Source of the DNA: Rhynchocyon petersi
Lineage: Eukaryota
NCBI GenBank assembly: GCA_043290085.1
Contig: CM091795.1
Span: 421,897,137-421,961,136, forward strand
DNA length: 64,000 nt
Reading direction: 5' to 3'
Each line of letters opens with the position of its first letter. Position 1 is the stretch's first letter. A model generated the notes under the pieces. That model saw nothing but the letters and a program-made list of their open reading frames with translations, made no database searches and was not told the origin of the DNA. This document shows, in pieces, positions 1 to 12,645 of the stretch. The position numbers were made by a program, and so were the translations under genes.

Positions 1-879
1 CTCGGAGCGCTGGAGGATGCAAACTTTTCGCCCTTGGGTGAGCGCAGCCCCCTTACCACTAGGCCATGCCAGCTATACTATCAAATCCCAAATCTTCCAC
101 ACCTATCTGAGAAAACCAAAGATTAAAAAAGAAAGTGAAACTGAGCTGTGCCCTGGCTGGACATAACTAGTTACATTTTCAGAGGAAGGAGGAAAAAAAT
201 CAACTGCGATTCAGTCTATCAGGCTTCCTTTCAGGGAAGACACTCAGCGCAAGGGGTAACAGAACCGAATCCACTCGACGGAGAAGAGAAAAACAAGCTT
301 TAAGATTGTCCCAGGAGGGGTAAACACCGTGAAAACAGCATCCCAAGAGATGCGAAAGTGTAATCCTGTGGCCACGTGATAAATGGAGCCCACACACATA
401 GCTCATGGGGCTTTCAAGTGGGTCATCAGCTCCCAAGAGCATCCTGGACTTCTAAAAGCCACTGGAACAACCTCTAGTGCTGAAGACTTCCGACTGGGAA
501 TTCCAGGACCAAAACAGAGGTTTTCTAAGTTTAAGGGTGACGGCAGAGACCTGGTGACATAGTACCTAAACCAATCTGGTTGCTAATTGAAAGGCAGACT
601 GCTCACATCTACCAGCCTCTCCGAGCCAGAGGGCTGTCGCTCGGGAAAGACTAAGACCAGGAGTGGATGTTGTCAAAGAATAAATATTTCCTTCCCTCCT
701 AGAGAAACCCCATCACCAGTCTGGTTTAGTGCCAGCTAAGTGCTGGGGACGAAAAACAAATGAGTCGTACTGGATTCGATGGCACCTAACAACAACCTCA
801 AACTTAACTTCGGTGGAGTCCACTGGGGACTGGGACTCGCATTATAGGATTTCTTCGGCTGTAAAACCGCGGGACAAAG

Positions 880-2850
880 GGTGGTGTCAACTCCCAAGCG
901 ATTAACTGCGTCTGACAACCGGCGGAGGGTCAGCGATGAGTCAGTCCCCACTCCACCGCACCTAACCAGGGCAACAGGCTGTAAAGCACCTGTGGTGGTT
1001 CACACCGCCAGTCCTGGGACTAACGTTCTAACCACTGCACCACCAGAGCTCCTGGCCAGTTTTTACCGCGGACAGGGTAACTCCCCATCAGCCAAACTCC
1101 CACCAAAAGCCAGCGCCTTTGCCTGGGCTCCAGGAAGGCACTGCGATGAGTGGGCAGATCTTTGTCCCCGAGCGGAGTGGGGATCGAGACGGGACGCCTC
1201 CCTCTCCACTTACACGGGTCCCAACAGCAGAGCTCACGCACTTCTACGAGTAGATTCCACGGCTCTGAGTGTCGGGTCGCCGTCCTGCTCCGGCGGCGCC
1301 ACCTCTCTCTGCTTCCGCGCGCGCCCCACTACTCCGGCTCCTCGTCCCTTACAATGGGCTCCGAGCCAGGCTTTTCCGCATCTCCTAGGCGCTCGCTCCC
1401 TCTCCTGGTCCCTTAGGGGTCCACAGTGCCTGCACCCGCCCGGGTAAAGCCATTTCTCCTCCCCAAGGGCCCTCGAGATCCCCAGGGCCTGGTCATCAAC
1501 TCACTCGTTGTTCTCCATGGTGCCGCCGACACGCCCGCGGTGACCTGCCTTTCCCGCCCTACTGAGCTGCTGTGGCCGTGCCTGGTGCACTCAGGGCGCT
1601 CTTCTGTTCAAGCCGCTCCAGCTAATTTATATCCGCACCCAGGTGTTGACACGCCCTGATCCCGTCGCCTGTGGCTGGGCTGCAAACCTAATCTTCTCCC
1701 AGCCTTGCACCCTGTCCCCCAGTTGCACCCAGAGTTGCAGCACCGCACCCAGGTTTTCAAAAAGGAAACCTAGAGAAGAGCCCCGGACCATTATCTGCAA
1801 CCCCATTCCGGGATGTGGCTACAATAAAACTTGAGACATTGGAGAGAAACTGTCAAATGGTGCAACATTGGAATTTTACGAGCCTGTGGTTCAATGGCTC
1901 CTGGATTAGGAAAGTAAGGTCGGCCGTCGGCGACAGGGCGGACCTGATGGTTCCGAAGTTAGGGAGAACATGTCAGGAAAGGGGGAAATGAACAATGTAG
2001 GGGCTGAAGTCCCAGGGTTCTAGATACAGAGAGAAGACGGGGATGGCGGAGGGACTGGTAATCCTTAATTTATGCAATGGGTCCTCGCGGAGCGTGTAAC
2101 TACAGAACGACTCACAAGGCGAAATTCTCACCATGCACTTTGTAAAAATTCACTTATTTTCTCTCCCACTTTTACAAACTGAACTTCACATCAAATCACA
2201 CGCGATGGCCATTGCTTAGGTGTATAATCGCCCCTCCTCCACTCAGTGGCGTCACTACGATGGTTGTGTCCCCGAGGTAGTAACTGCTCACGGTGTCGCC
2301 CCACGCTCACCACACCTGCATCCCCATCCCCCGCCTCTGCGGGTTAGGGGCGTGTACCTCCTCCAGTGCGTAGTCGGGTCCGCCCCTTTCCCTTCCCCCA
2401 TTCCCCTTCCTCCCCGAGTACTTGCCACTCCTCCCCCACCCCTGAACCCCACAGCCACTCAGAACAGCCGCCATGCGCCTTCCCGCTCCCCTCTGCTTCC
2501 CGCAGCTCCTCCCCCGTCCTGCGGACCACAAGGACTCCATCTCCCCAGCCATCGGTGGCCGCCCGGGCCCTCTTACCCGCACTGACCGGCAGGTGACGGG
2601 GTGCAGGAATGCGATAGAGGGGAGAATGGGAAGGTGCGTCGAGGGTACCCCCAACCCTAGCTGACGTCACTATCTTGCTGGCCCCTCCCCTTCTCCTCGC
2701 CATTGCCCACGACCCTGGAGTCACACTGGGATCCCGCTGACCGGGTGGTCGTGGTGGTGGTGGTATGTGTGGTCTATATCCCGGAGCACTTCCCCAACTT
2801 CCAGAGCGGAATTTCCTGCTTGCTGTTTTACCGACGCCCAACGTCCAAAT
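880..2850. promoter_or_regulatory. CpG island / GC-rich promoter-like region (candidate PNP promoter); contains palindromic CRE TGACGTCA at ~2664-2671
   Basis: CpG density is very high across the region (for example 1250-1350 and 2300-2700). The long ORFs on both strands here are low-complexity Pro/Arg/Gly-rich artefacts of GC-rich sequence. Confidence 0.5.
1505..1518 (-). CDS. PNP: Putative first coding exon of purine nucleoside phosphorylase (minus-strand reading ATG GAG AAC AAC GA| followed by GTGAGT donor)
   Basis: The reverse complement of 1491-1530 reads accATGGAGAACAACGA|GTGAGTT, with a good Kozak context (acc ATG G). It encodes M-E-N-N-(D/E), compared with mouse PNP MENEF and human MENGY. 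It lies inside a CpG island and is at the position expected from human synteny, upstream of and divergent from PIP4P1. The rest of the gene would lie beyond the window start. Confidence 0.3.
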
Positions 2851-3544
2851 CACTGTTTCCAACCCTAATTTCTACCTCGATCGTTCAACAGACGGGTGCT
2901 GAGCACCATCAAGGTACCATAACTGTTCTTGTGCTGGGACTCAAGATAAATACACGAGGCTGGGGGGACGGGAGTGATAAATGAAGGGATGCAGATATGA
3001 AAAAAACCAAGCCAATGTCAAAGAAATAGCCCATTATTGTGCTTGAGGGGTTTTCCAATGTTGTTACTGCGGAACCAAGTTTTCGGAGCAGTAGCATCCC
3101 AATTACCAAAGAGGATGTGAGAGGGCGATCTGGTTGCAACATCTGTCACCCTATTGATCGCCAGGGTTGATTCTGCTGATCCGGCTGGCTAGGCGGGTGT
3201 CCCCTTCCTCCCTCACCACTCCATGTGCGTCCCTCCCGAAGCCACGCGCTCGGTTGAAGAGGACGTTCTACCCCAATAGAAGGAAGACGGCCTTCGGTCA
3301 AGGGTATACGAGTAGCAGCCCTCCCCTACTAGAACCTCCAAACAAGCTCTCAAGGTCCAATTACCAAAGAAATGTACTCTTCCATGACAGACAAGGACAA
3401 TTCACCAGGCCCCAAGGTGGTTGTGGGACTTTCAGTAATAGACCTTCAGAACTGTTCAACATACTTTACTCTGAATCCAAATTCAGTAGTCAAATTTTCT
3501 CAATAATTAGAAAAGACCTCTTTAAATGGATTCATCAATAGCTG

Positions 3545-4140
3545 TAAACTATTGAAGCTGTGTATTCCTACCATCTTCTCTTGATTCTCCTTGGGTCATT
3601 CACTACCTTGTTCAAAGCATATTTCAGAAATGTTACTCAAGGCTTGAATTTGTTCTTCAAGGTTTTCAACTTGAGAAATAATGAACTGGTTATTCCTTTT
3701 TTATTTTCTAGCTCCAACTCTCTGCACATTTCATTATAATACCTGTCTTTGTCTTCACAAGCTGCTCTTTGAAATCTTCTGTTGGTGTTGGAGAAAAGTG
3801 CTCAATATCCCATGGGTAGCCAAAGGAACAAACAAATATGTCCTGGAGAGAGTCCAAGCAGAATACTCCTTGGAGGCAAGGATGATGAAGCTTTGCCTCA
3901 CATATTTGGACATGTTAGGAGAGGCCAGTCCCTGAAAAGAGACATCATGCTTGGAAGGGTGGAGGGTCAATGAAAGACAGGAAGACACTTGACTAGATGG
4001 ATGGATACAGTGACTGCAGTAATGGCTTCAAGTGTGTCCAGGATGGTGAAGATGGTGCAGGACAGTGTGGGTTTCTGATCTGCTGTTCATCAGGTCACTA
4101 TAAGGCATCCTTGACTCAATGGTACATGACAATAACAACA
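3545..4140 (+). mobile_element. RTE 3' fragment (+)
   Basis: The plus-strand ORF 3681-3935 reads ...NIPWVAKGTNKYVLERVQAEYSLEARMMKLCLTYLDMLGEASP. The fragment ends with the RTE tail near 4135. Confidence 0.75.
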
Positions 4141-4320
4141 ACATTGAAGCTGTAAGCTGTAAGATATATTCTCAAAGTTGTAAGATATAACTGTTAGAAG
4201 AGAATGACCCATAAGATGCAGCAGATCTCTTTGCATCATATATCTTATGAAACAAATGTTCCCAGGATCCAGTTTGCATCAAACCCTACCTCTCTTCCTC
4301 TGATGATTATGATGATGAAG

Positions 4321-4425
4321 GGGTACCGTCGAGTCGTGACCGACTCATAGTGACCCTCCTGAGGGTTTCCAGAGGCAGTATCTTGCACGGGAGTTGAAGT
4401 CCTCTTTCTCCGTTGGCGCAGCTCT
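4321..4425 (-). repeat. AfroSINE fragment (3' tail half)
   Basis: The sequence reads gggtaccgtcgagtcgtgaccgactcatagtgaccctcctgagggtttccagaggcagtatcttgcacgggagttgaag. Confidence 0.8.
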
Positions 4426-4920
4426 CTTCCCATAGTGTGCCTCTATTCTGCTTACATCTCTTACTCCTTTACTCTATAGTTTTTTGTGTTTTTAAAGGCC
4501 ATACTCACTTGTCAGTTCGTCTTATTGCTTCAGTACTTATGTGGCACTGTGTTGCTGGAAGTTGTGCCACAGGTATGACAAATACCATCGCGGTCACTCA
4601 TGAGGGATGGGTTTCAGGAGGACTTCTAGACTAAGACAGACCAGGAAAGATGGCCTGTCAACCTACTTCTAAAAAGAACTGGCCAGGAAAAACTTTATGA
4701 ATAGTCACAGACATTGATGTAATGCCAGAAGACAAGCCCTTCAGGTTGGAAGGCACTTAAAAGACACCTAGAGAAGCTGCCTTCTCACAGTAGAGTTGTC
4801 TTTAATGATGTGGATGAAGTAGAACTTCCAGGACCTCCATGTGCTGATGTGGCACACTCAAATTTAGCACAAACAACTGCAAACATCCATCAATAATCAT
4901 ATGGTGGAATATATGAAGCA

Positions 4921-5040
4921 TGTTGTTGATATGTGGCATCAAGTTGAGGATGACCCATAGTAACCCTGTGAACAGCAGATCTGAAAAATGATCCTATACT
5001 GTGCCATCCTCGTCATCCCCTGACACAGTGGCATGGGTGT
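4921..5040 (-). mobile_element. RTE 3'-end fragment (-)
   Basis: The sequence gttgttgatatgtggcatcaagttgaggatgacccatagtaaccctgtgaacagcagatctgaaa matches the antisense RTE tail. Confidence 0.6.
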
Positions 5041-5139
5041 AGAAAAACTAGAAGTTATCAAAAAGGAAGTCAAATGCATAAAGATAGATATTCTAGGCAT
5101 TTGGTGAACTAAAATTGATGGTTTATTGGTCACTTTGAG

Positions 5140-6600
5140 TCAATCATGTGATCTGCAACACCAGAAATGATGTTTTAGAGAGGAATAGTGTCACATTGAT
5201 CATCAAAGAGTGCATTTCAAGATCGATCCTGCAATACAAAGCTGTCAGTAACAGGATATATCTAGAAGGAAAATCTGTTAATACCATTATTAATCCAAAT
5301 TACGCATCAACCACTGAACCCAAATATGAAGATTAAAGATGGCTACCAACTTCTGAACACTACTGAATGAAGACCAGAGAAGTTGTGGGAAGACATCAGA
5401 TATATCATTATCCTGATGAAAGCAAAATGTCATTACAAAGATAGGGGATGAAAAGGAGACCAAAGTGGATGACAGAAGAAACTCTGAAAATTGCAATAGA
5501 GCATCAAGAAACCAAAACAAAGGGAAGGCAAGAAGATGTAAAAGTGATGAACAGAAGATTTCAAAGGGCAGCTAGTGAAGACAAAACAAGGTATTATTAT
5601 GAAATTGCAGGGAGCTAGAGCTAAAAAGTTAAAAAGGAAAAACACGTTCAGTATTTCTCAAGTTGACAGAACTAAAGAATAAATTCAAGTCTAGAGTAGC
5701 ATTACTGAAAGATGCTATGGGGAAGATAGTGAATGACAAAAGGAGCATCAAGAAAGATGGAAGGAATGTATAGAGTCCCTGTACCAGAAAGAACAGACTG
5801 ACGCAGAAATATTTTAGGAAGTAGATTGTGTTCAAAACCAAAGGTAACAAGGAAGTAAGTTGAAGCAGCACTGAAGACATTAGCAAAAAAACAAGGACCC
5901 AGGAATAGATGAAATACCTATTGACATGTTTCAACAAATAAATGCAGCCCTCATGTGCTCACCAAGCTGTGCCAAGAAACCTGGAAGACAACTAACTACC
6001 TGGCTAACTAATTGGTTTTTGTTGTTGTTTTGGCCAACTGATTGGAAGAGATTCATATTTGTTTCAATTCCCAAAAGAGGCAATCCCAAAGAATGTGAAA
6101 ATAACTGAACACTATCATTCATACCACATGCAAGCAAAATTGTATTGAAGGTTCTTTTAAAAAATGTGTGAAGCAGTATATCAACAGAGAACTGCCAGAA
6201 AGTCAGGCTGGATTCAGAATTGGCCATGGCACCAGGAATATCATTGCAGATGTTAGATGGATCTTGCCTGAAAGTGAAGAAAACCATGTTTCATTGACTA
6301 TGCAAAGGCATTTGATTGTGTGGATCACAACAAACTATACATTGAGGAAAATCTGAATTTCAGAACATTTAATTACACTAATGCAAAATCTATACCTAGA
6401 TCAAGAAGCTGTCATCCAAACAGAGCATGGGAGCACTGTATAGTTCAGAATCAAGAAAGGAGTGTGTCAGGGCTATATCTTATTCTCCTACCCATTCAAT
6501 CTGTATGCAGAGAAGATTATTCAGGAAGATGGACTCTTTGAGGAAAAGCATGGCATCAGGATTGGAGGAAGATGAGGAGTGGGTGGGAGTGCACCTTTTA
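5140..6600 (+). mobile_element. Degenerate RTE (+), 5' ORF through the RT domain
   Basis: Decayed plus-strand frames carry RTE ORF motifs (...QAGFRIGHGTRNIIADVRWILPESEE...; ...FDCVDHNKLY...) with many stops and frameshifts. Confidence 0.7.
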
Positions 6601-7240
6601 ATCCCTAACAGCTGCTGAATACATTAACTGTACCACTCAGGAACTCCTACTGTGCAGCATAGCTGGAAGCTTTTCCATTCAGTGGGTGCTACATCTATCT
6701 CCACATAAAAGAATCTCGGGATATGTTTTGGTCTTTATTTTTAGATTAAACCCATCATTGTACTTTGACCTAAATAATCATTTACCTTATCTTGATTATA
6801 GCTTATTATCACCCTTATCACCCTTTCTTACAGAGTCTAAAATATTTTTATGTCCAGTCTCAACCCTCAAGAGCAAGAAAACTGTAAAACAAGAGAAGCA
6901 GGGACAGGATCAAAGTCTCTTATTATCTCTCTCATCATGTGGAGCTGGGAGATGCCCCTAGATAATGATTTTTCACTCTTACACTTATAGAAGCATGCTG
7001 GTCTCTTAGGATTTTTCACGTGAGGACCCTATTCCACACTTACCCCCTCAACTAAGATACCATTTCCTCTAGACTCCAAGATAAATGATCTCTTTAAATC
7101 TTTGATCTTCCACTTCCTTCAAACAATGCCATTGACATTTATTTCAGTTGGGTTTTTTTCTTTTCTTTCCTGATAAAGTAATCCCTTTCATTTCTGTTTC
7201 ATGAGAATGAAAGTCCTATCTGTGCCCTACCTAGTGGTAG

Positions 7241-7392
7241 GTGTTGTTAGGTACTGTCAAGTACCAACTCAGCAGACCCTGGGAAGGGTTGTCAGAGGCA
7301 GTTAATCACAGGGGAGTTGAGACCATTCATTCCCCCCTTGGAGCAATTGTCGAATGCCTTTGGGTTGGCAGTACAACTCCTTACCACTAACA
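7241..7392 (-). repeat. Diverged AfroSINE-family copy
   Basis: The sequence reads gtgttgttaggtactgtcaagtaccaactcagcagaccctgggaagggttgtcagaggcagttaatcaca...gcctttgggttggcagtacaactccttaccactaac. Confidence 0.6.
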
Positions 7393-8143
7393 GTTTCATT
7401 TTCAAAGTCCTAGGTTCTAAGAGCTCACACCCAGGCAGACTATGCCCTAAAGGAAAGGGCAAAGAACAGGGACACTGAGGGACAAAGAAGACCAATTGCT
7501 AGTGAATAAAAATCATTCCTTTAAACTGAGACCACATGAAGTGAACCGTTATTAGGACATAATTAAGAAATGTTAAGGATTCCTGGTATAAGGTTTAATA
7601 ACGCCCTTATTTGTCATACCAGCCTGTAAAGAGTTAATGAGTTGGCAGACTATGTCTTATCAAAGAGTTTTCCGGTGTGTAGAGTAGACTCTGGAGAGAG
7701 TTGTAGTAAGTAGTCACTCTTGTTTATGATTAAAAAACGTCACTAGACCACTCCCCTCCCAAAAGGAATAAAAACGGCAGGGCCGGAAAAGCCAGCCCTT
7801 TTCGCCATTGCCATTTTGGATGTCAGTGTGCTGATTCTGTGCACTATGAAAAAACCACGTGGCCGTGAGACCACAGGTATCTCATCCAAACCCCATTTTC
7901 TCTCACCCTCTATTATTCCTCCTCATCTTGGTTAGCTCAGTGTACACACCACTAGAAATATTCATTGCCCTAAAAGTGTAGAGTAAAAGGGCTGTGTTGT
8001 TTTCACAGTTGTACCACACTCTTGGATAAACTAGGTAAGTAGAATCTGTAAGAAAAAAGAAATCAAACTGTGACCCTGTGGGCCACAGAAACCAAACATT
8101 CCTGCTGCCCACCCCATTCTCTGCCTTCCACAGTTCCTGGTTA

Positions 8144-8176
<33 letters not shown>

Positions 8177-8177
8177 A

Positions 8178-9912
8178 GGTACTATCAAGTCGTGACTGAC
8201 TCATAGCTGACCTTCCAGCGGGTTTTCAGAGGCATTAAATCGCATGGGAGTTGACCTCATTAGTAAAGCAATATTTAATACCTAATGCCAAGGATAATAC
8301 TGCAAGTATTTACATATACGTATATAGTATGGGCAGCAATCAATGTGAACTAATGTCAACAATAACAACCAGTGCCAGGAATACCTGAGTGCCCCGGGAA
8401 TATTCATTCACTGTGGAACTGAAGCAAAATTAGCTCAAGATGAGAATGTAAGTTAGTTAATGAATACAAATTGTTAAGTGCTGTTGAGTCAGAACCAACT
8501 CGTAGCTGACCCTCCAGAGGGTTTTTAGAGACAGTAAATCACACAGCAGTTGATTGTCCATCTTTCTCCTGTGAAGCAGTTGGTGGACTTGAACCCTGTG
8601 CTTTTTGGCAGCACAGTTCCTTACCACTAGGCCATCTGTTGTTAGGTACCATCAAGGTACCATGGAGTTGCACCGACTCATAGCTGACTTTCCAGTGGGT
8701 TTTCAGAGGCAGTAATCGCACAGGAGTTCACATTACTCTTTCTCGCTTGAAGCAACTGGTGGATTCCAAGTGCAAGCCTTTGAGGTTGCAGTGCAATTCC
8801 TTAACACTAGGCCACCAGAGTTCCCTAATGAATACACGGTGGTGGTGGTGGGGTACCATTGAGTTGTGAATGACTCATAGTGACCCTCCCGAGGGTTTCC
8901 GGAGGAAGTATCTTGCATGGGAATGGAAGCCACTCTTTCCCCCGTGGAGCAGCTGGCGGATTTGAACCAAGTGCCTTTGGGTTGGCAGCGCAGCTCCTTC
9001 ACCACTAGGCTACGCCAGCTATTTATCAAGCATCTTCTATGAGCCAGCCTCTGAGCATAAGCAAGACTTTGTCCCCAGCATGTTCCACACTGTTCCTTTG
9101 TGATTCCACCCTTCTCAGTGTGCTGAACAGATGATGTGGATATACAATCACTAACCCCTAAGTTGGTGGTGGTGGTGGGGTACCCTCGAGTTGTGAACGA
9201 CTCATAGTGACCCTCCTGAGGGTTTTCAGGGGCGGTATGAACCCCTAAGTTAGAAGACCTGAAATGTCAGTCTTACTTCAATCTCTTGCTTGGTGGTATA
9301 CCATCGAGTCGTGAACGACTCATAGTGACCCTCCTGAGGGCTTCTGGAGGTGGTATCTCACACGGAAGTAGAAACCACTCTTTCTCCCAATCTCTTGCTT
9401 AGTTTAACCAAATCTATTTCACAATGTCAAGGGCCAGACACTCTTGAGCTTTTTCAGGTTGCAGGTTACAAAAGAAAGGCATTAGGGTCATTGTGGGGTT
9501 TTTTTATTTTAGGCAGAGAAGTCACAGTTCCAAATCAGCCTGGACTTCTTTGTCAGACCTGGCAAGCAAAAGAGCTCCCCCCTCTCTGCCTGGTCTTTTA
9601 TAGTCCCATGCCAGGAAGAGGATGATGATGGGTACCAATGATTTTTTACGGTGGCAGCACAGCTCCTTACCACTAGGCCACACCAGCTGCTCAGGAAGAA
9701 GGAACCAGAAAAGTAGACATTCCAACTTCCTCAAAGTGGCCATTCTCTCAAGACAGAGGTCCTTGGTGGGCATACCCAATATGGCCTACAACATCATGGT
9801 GGTGGTGGGGTACTGTCAAGTCGTGAACGACTTATAGTGACCCTCCTGAGGGTTACCGGAGGCAGTATCTCACACAGGAGTGGAAGCCACTCTTTCTCCC
9901 TCAGAGCAGCAG
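8178..9912 (-). repeat. Cluster of 8 same-orientation AfroSINE copies or fragments (8178-8258, 8474-8638, 8641-8820, 8850-9020, 9178-9240, 9294-9388, 9630-9695, 9808-9912), preceded by a (GAT)n microsatellite at 8144-8177
   Basis: Each copy carries the antisense 3' tail ggtaccatYgagtcgtgaMcgactcatagtgaccctcc.gagggtttYcRgaggcagta. The fuller copies also carry the tRNA-like head in reverse (ggagcagctgg..aaccMaaaggc..gcagcgcagctccttNaccactaggcc). Confidence 0.85.
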
Positions 9913-10689
9913 GCATAGGAATCTATAAAATACAGTCCTGCCTTCCTTATCCACCTCACAGTGGGTTTTGAAGTCAAATGAATATGTGTATGAAAGTACT
10001 TAACTGTTAGATTCTTGTGGCCATGAGGTTTTACCGGAGCACATGGAAAAAACACAACCAACAACTAGCAAGGTAGCAGTGGAAAGGGCAGAAGTCCTTC
10101 TGCCTATCATATTTATTCATTTTTTTTGGGGGGGGGAGTGGTCTAGTGATGTATTTCAATCACAACCAAACATGACTTACTTCCTGCAACGTTACTTCTA
10201 CAATACGGAAGTCTCTATGGTATTGCATTATCTGCCAACTCATTAACCCTTTAGATGCTTGCATTACAACCAAGGGCATCAGTAAGCATTATACCAGAAA
10301 TCCTCAACATTTCTTAAGTATGTCCTAATAATGGTTTACTGCATGAGATGACATAAATCTTAGGTTCTATTATTGTCTGTATTTCTCTACTTGTGGTTTC
10401 ATGGGTTAATTGTTTAATGTCTTTCCCAGCAATCTGCTTCAACTTTAACAGCATGACTAGATAGGAACCTGAAACAGGGAGGGGGGGAGAGAGAGCGAGC
10501 AAGTGTGTGAGAGTGCACACAAGTGAATCATTATGGGTCTGGTGTCAGTTTTTCCATCCCACCAGGCTTGAATTGAGCAGGTTTAACAGCAGACGATGGA
10601 AACTTACTAAGAAGAAGCAGAGAAGGCAGCTTGTATTCTCTAGGGCCAGTCACATCAGGACCTACATGAGAGATGCTGCGGCAGCCTCA

Positions 10690-10990
10690 GCAGAGAAGCA
10701 GAGGCTGGCATGAGACAGCTTTGTCTTGGGACTGCTGTCCCATGCAACCAGAGTCTGGGGCCTTCATCCAAGCTTGCTGAAGAATTGAAGGACGACACCA
10801 AAATTGGCAGGACTGAGAAAACTTTGTAACACTGACCTACGCTGTGAGGCTGAAAGTCAAAGAGCCTGAGATCACACTTGAGAAGCTGTCCTGATTGAGG
10901 AATTGTAACCTGTTGCCAACCTGATTATAACCTGTTAACTTCCCTAATAAACTAACAGCATGATTCTGTGACCATTTTGTAATGAATTTC
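10690..10990 (+). repeat. Unclassified interspersed repeat, copy 1 (homologous to 54945-55440)
   Basis: It shares the blocks gcagcctcagcagagaa..gcatgagacag...gggactgctgt...caccaaaattggcaggactga...aactttgtaacactgacctacgctgtgaggctgaaagtcaaagagc...ctgattataacctgttaacttccctaataaac with the second locus. Confidence 0.6.
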
Positions 10991-11177
10991 TGACCCAGAA
11001 GTATAATTGTTGTTGGAGTAAGTAAGTGCATGGAGGTCACATGTGGCTTTGAGGGAATTGCTTTTCTATCATGGATGTTGCTGATGGATACTGTTCTCCT
11101 TTATGAAGTTAATAGAAGTCAGATGCAGTTGTTTCCATTTCATCCTCATTGTTTTTACACTATCTATTGAAGTTCTG

Positions 11178-11330
11178 GAGGCATCATGGGTAAGGGGTTG
11201 TACTGCCAACCCAAAGGTATGCAGTTTGAATCCATCAGCTGTTGCTCTGGAAGAAGATTTGCAGCCTCTGAAATCCCTCTGAAGAGCCAGTTATGAGTTG
11301 ATTCCCACTCCACTGGCACATAATAACATT
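11178..11330 (+). repeat. Diverged AfroSINE-like / tRNA-derived SINE
   Basis: The sequence reads catcatgggtaaggggttgtactgccaacccaaaggtatgcagtttgaatccatcagctgttgctctggaagaa.... Confidence 0.55.
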
Positions 11331-12138
11331 GAAATTCAAGAGAGTTAAAATCTAAGTCATTTATGCATGTTACTGTATTTTTTTCCTTATGTTACACAGG
11401 TTTAGACTCTGGCTACAAGTCATATCTTTCCTTGAAATTTTATTACTTGGCTTAATTAATTTGTTATGAAGCATACATTGTATAGTGAATTCCTACGATT
11501 GATATTTTTTATTGTTGGTGTGGAGTTGATCTGCTATATGTTTAAATGTCTCAGCTAGAGAAGGTGATCAGCAGTTGTCAGAATGGCCTTCTCTATCGAC
11601 AGTGTGAGGGACACTGCTGGCAAAATGGCTAAGTGGGCCAATGCGAGCCAAAAGATGGGTGGTAGAACCTAACAACTGCCCTAGGAGAAAAGACCTAGGG
11701 ATTTAGTTCATGATTATTATGGCACAGCAAACCCAGTGGGTCTGTTCTACTCTGTCCTATAGGGTTACTATGAGATGAAATGGACTAGATGACAATAGGT
11801 TTATAAGCAACATGACAAAGATGGTAAAGTGAAGACTAATCCAGACTGTTCCATCTACCAAACTAACACCATACCCACTGTTCCAACTCATATCGATCTA
11901 TCTGGGGACGCTGATTTTAACGGGAGAACTCTAGTGAGTGACCTAGTGTGTAAGAGAGTGCACCCAAAAGTCAAGCCCTCTGTGGGTGTGAATCCACCAG
12001 TAGCTCCACAGGAGAAAGGTGGATCTCCTTTACAGCCTCGGCAACTGATGAGACTCAAGTGTGAGTAGGTTCCGCTGGGATCACAACGAGTGAGATCTTT
12101 TTTTTTTCAAGGCAGTAAAAAGTTTTCTTACATGTATG

Positions 12139-12283
12139 AGCAGCTGGCTTGGCCTAGTGGTAAAGGAGCTGCGCTGCCAACCCAAAGGCATGCGGAGAAA
12201 GAGTGGAGTGATACTGTCTCCAGAAATCCTCGGGAGGCTCACTAAGAGTCAGCCACGACTCAACGGGTACCCCACCACCACGA
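12139..12283 (+). repeat. AfroSINE (+), internally deleted
   Basis: The sequence reads gagcagctggcttggcctagtggtaaaggagctgcgctgccaacccaaaggcatgcgg...gtcagccacgactcaacgggtaccccaccaccac. Confidence 0.8.
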
Positions 12284-12469
12284 GGGGATAACAGCGTTAA
12301 CAATCCCAACATGCTTCTATGCTTCTTGTTCCCGTAGTGGGGAAAAAACCCCCAAACAACCCCACTATGATATTATACATCAGAAAGGTTTTTCATTCCC
12401 TGTCTCCATGTATACTTCATGATTAGGAGAATTGGGAGAAAGAACCGTGCCTCATCTTCCTTCTGATGA

Positions 12470-12645
12470 GCAGCCAGTGGGTTCAAACTGCCTTTTGGTT
12501 GCTGTTGTTACTAACAGGTCCGGTGGGTTTTCAGAGGCATTTAATCGCACGGGAGTTGACGCTACTTTTTCTCCCGCGGAGCAGCTGGCGGATTCAAACG
12601 GTGTCTTTGTGCTGGCAGTGCAGCTCCTTACCACCAGGTCACCAG
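12470..12645 (-). repeat. AfroSINE (-)
   Basis: The sequence carries the tail and the tRNA head in reverse (...ggagcagctggcggattcaaacggtgtctttgtgctggcagtgcagctccttaccaccagg). Confidence 0.8.

Noticed and set aside
2220-2862. Overlapping long ORFs on both strands encoding Pro/Arg/Gly-rich peptides (for example 2344-2862 minus, 172 aa)
   Set aside because: They are low-complexity translations of a CpG island, with no recognisable domains, and frames are open on both strands at once. This is typical GC-rich noise.
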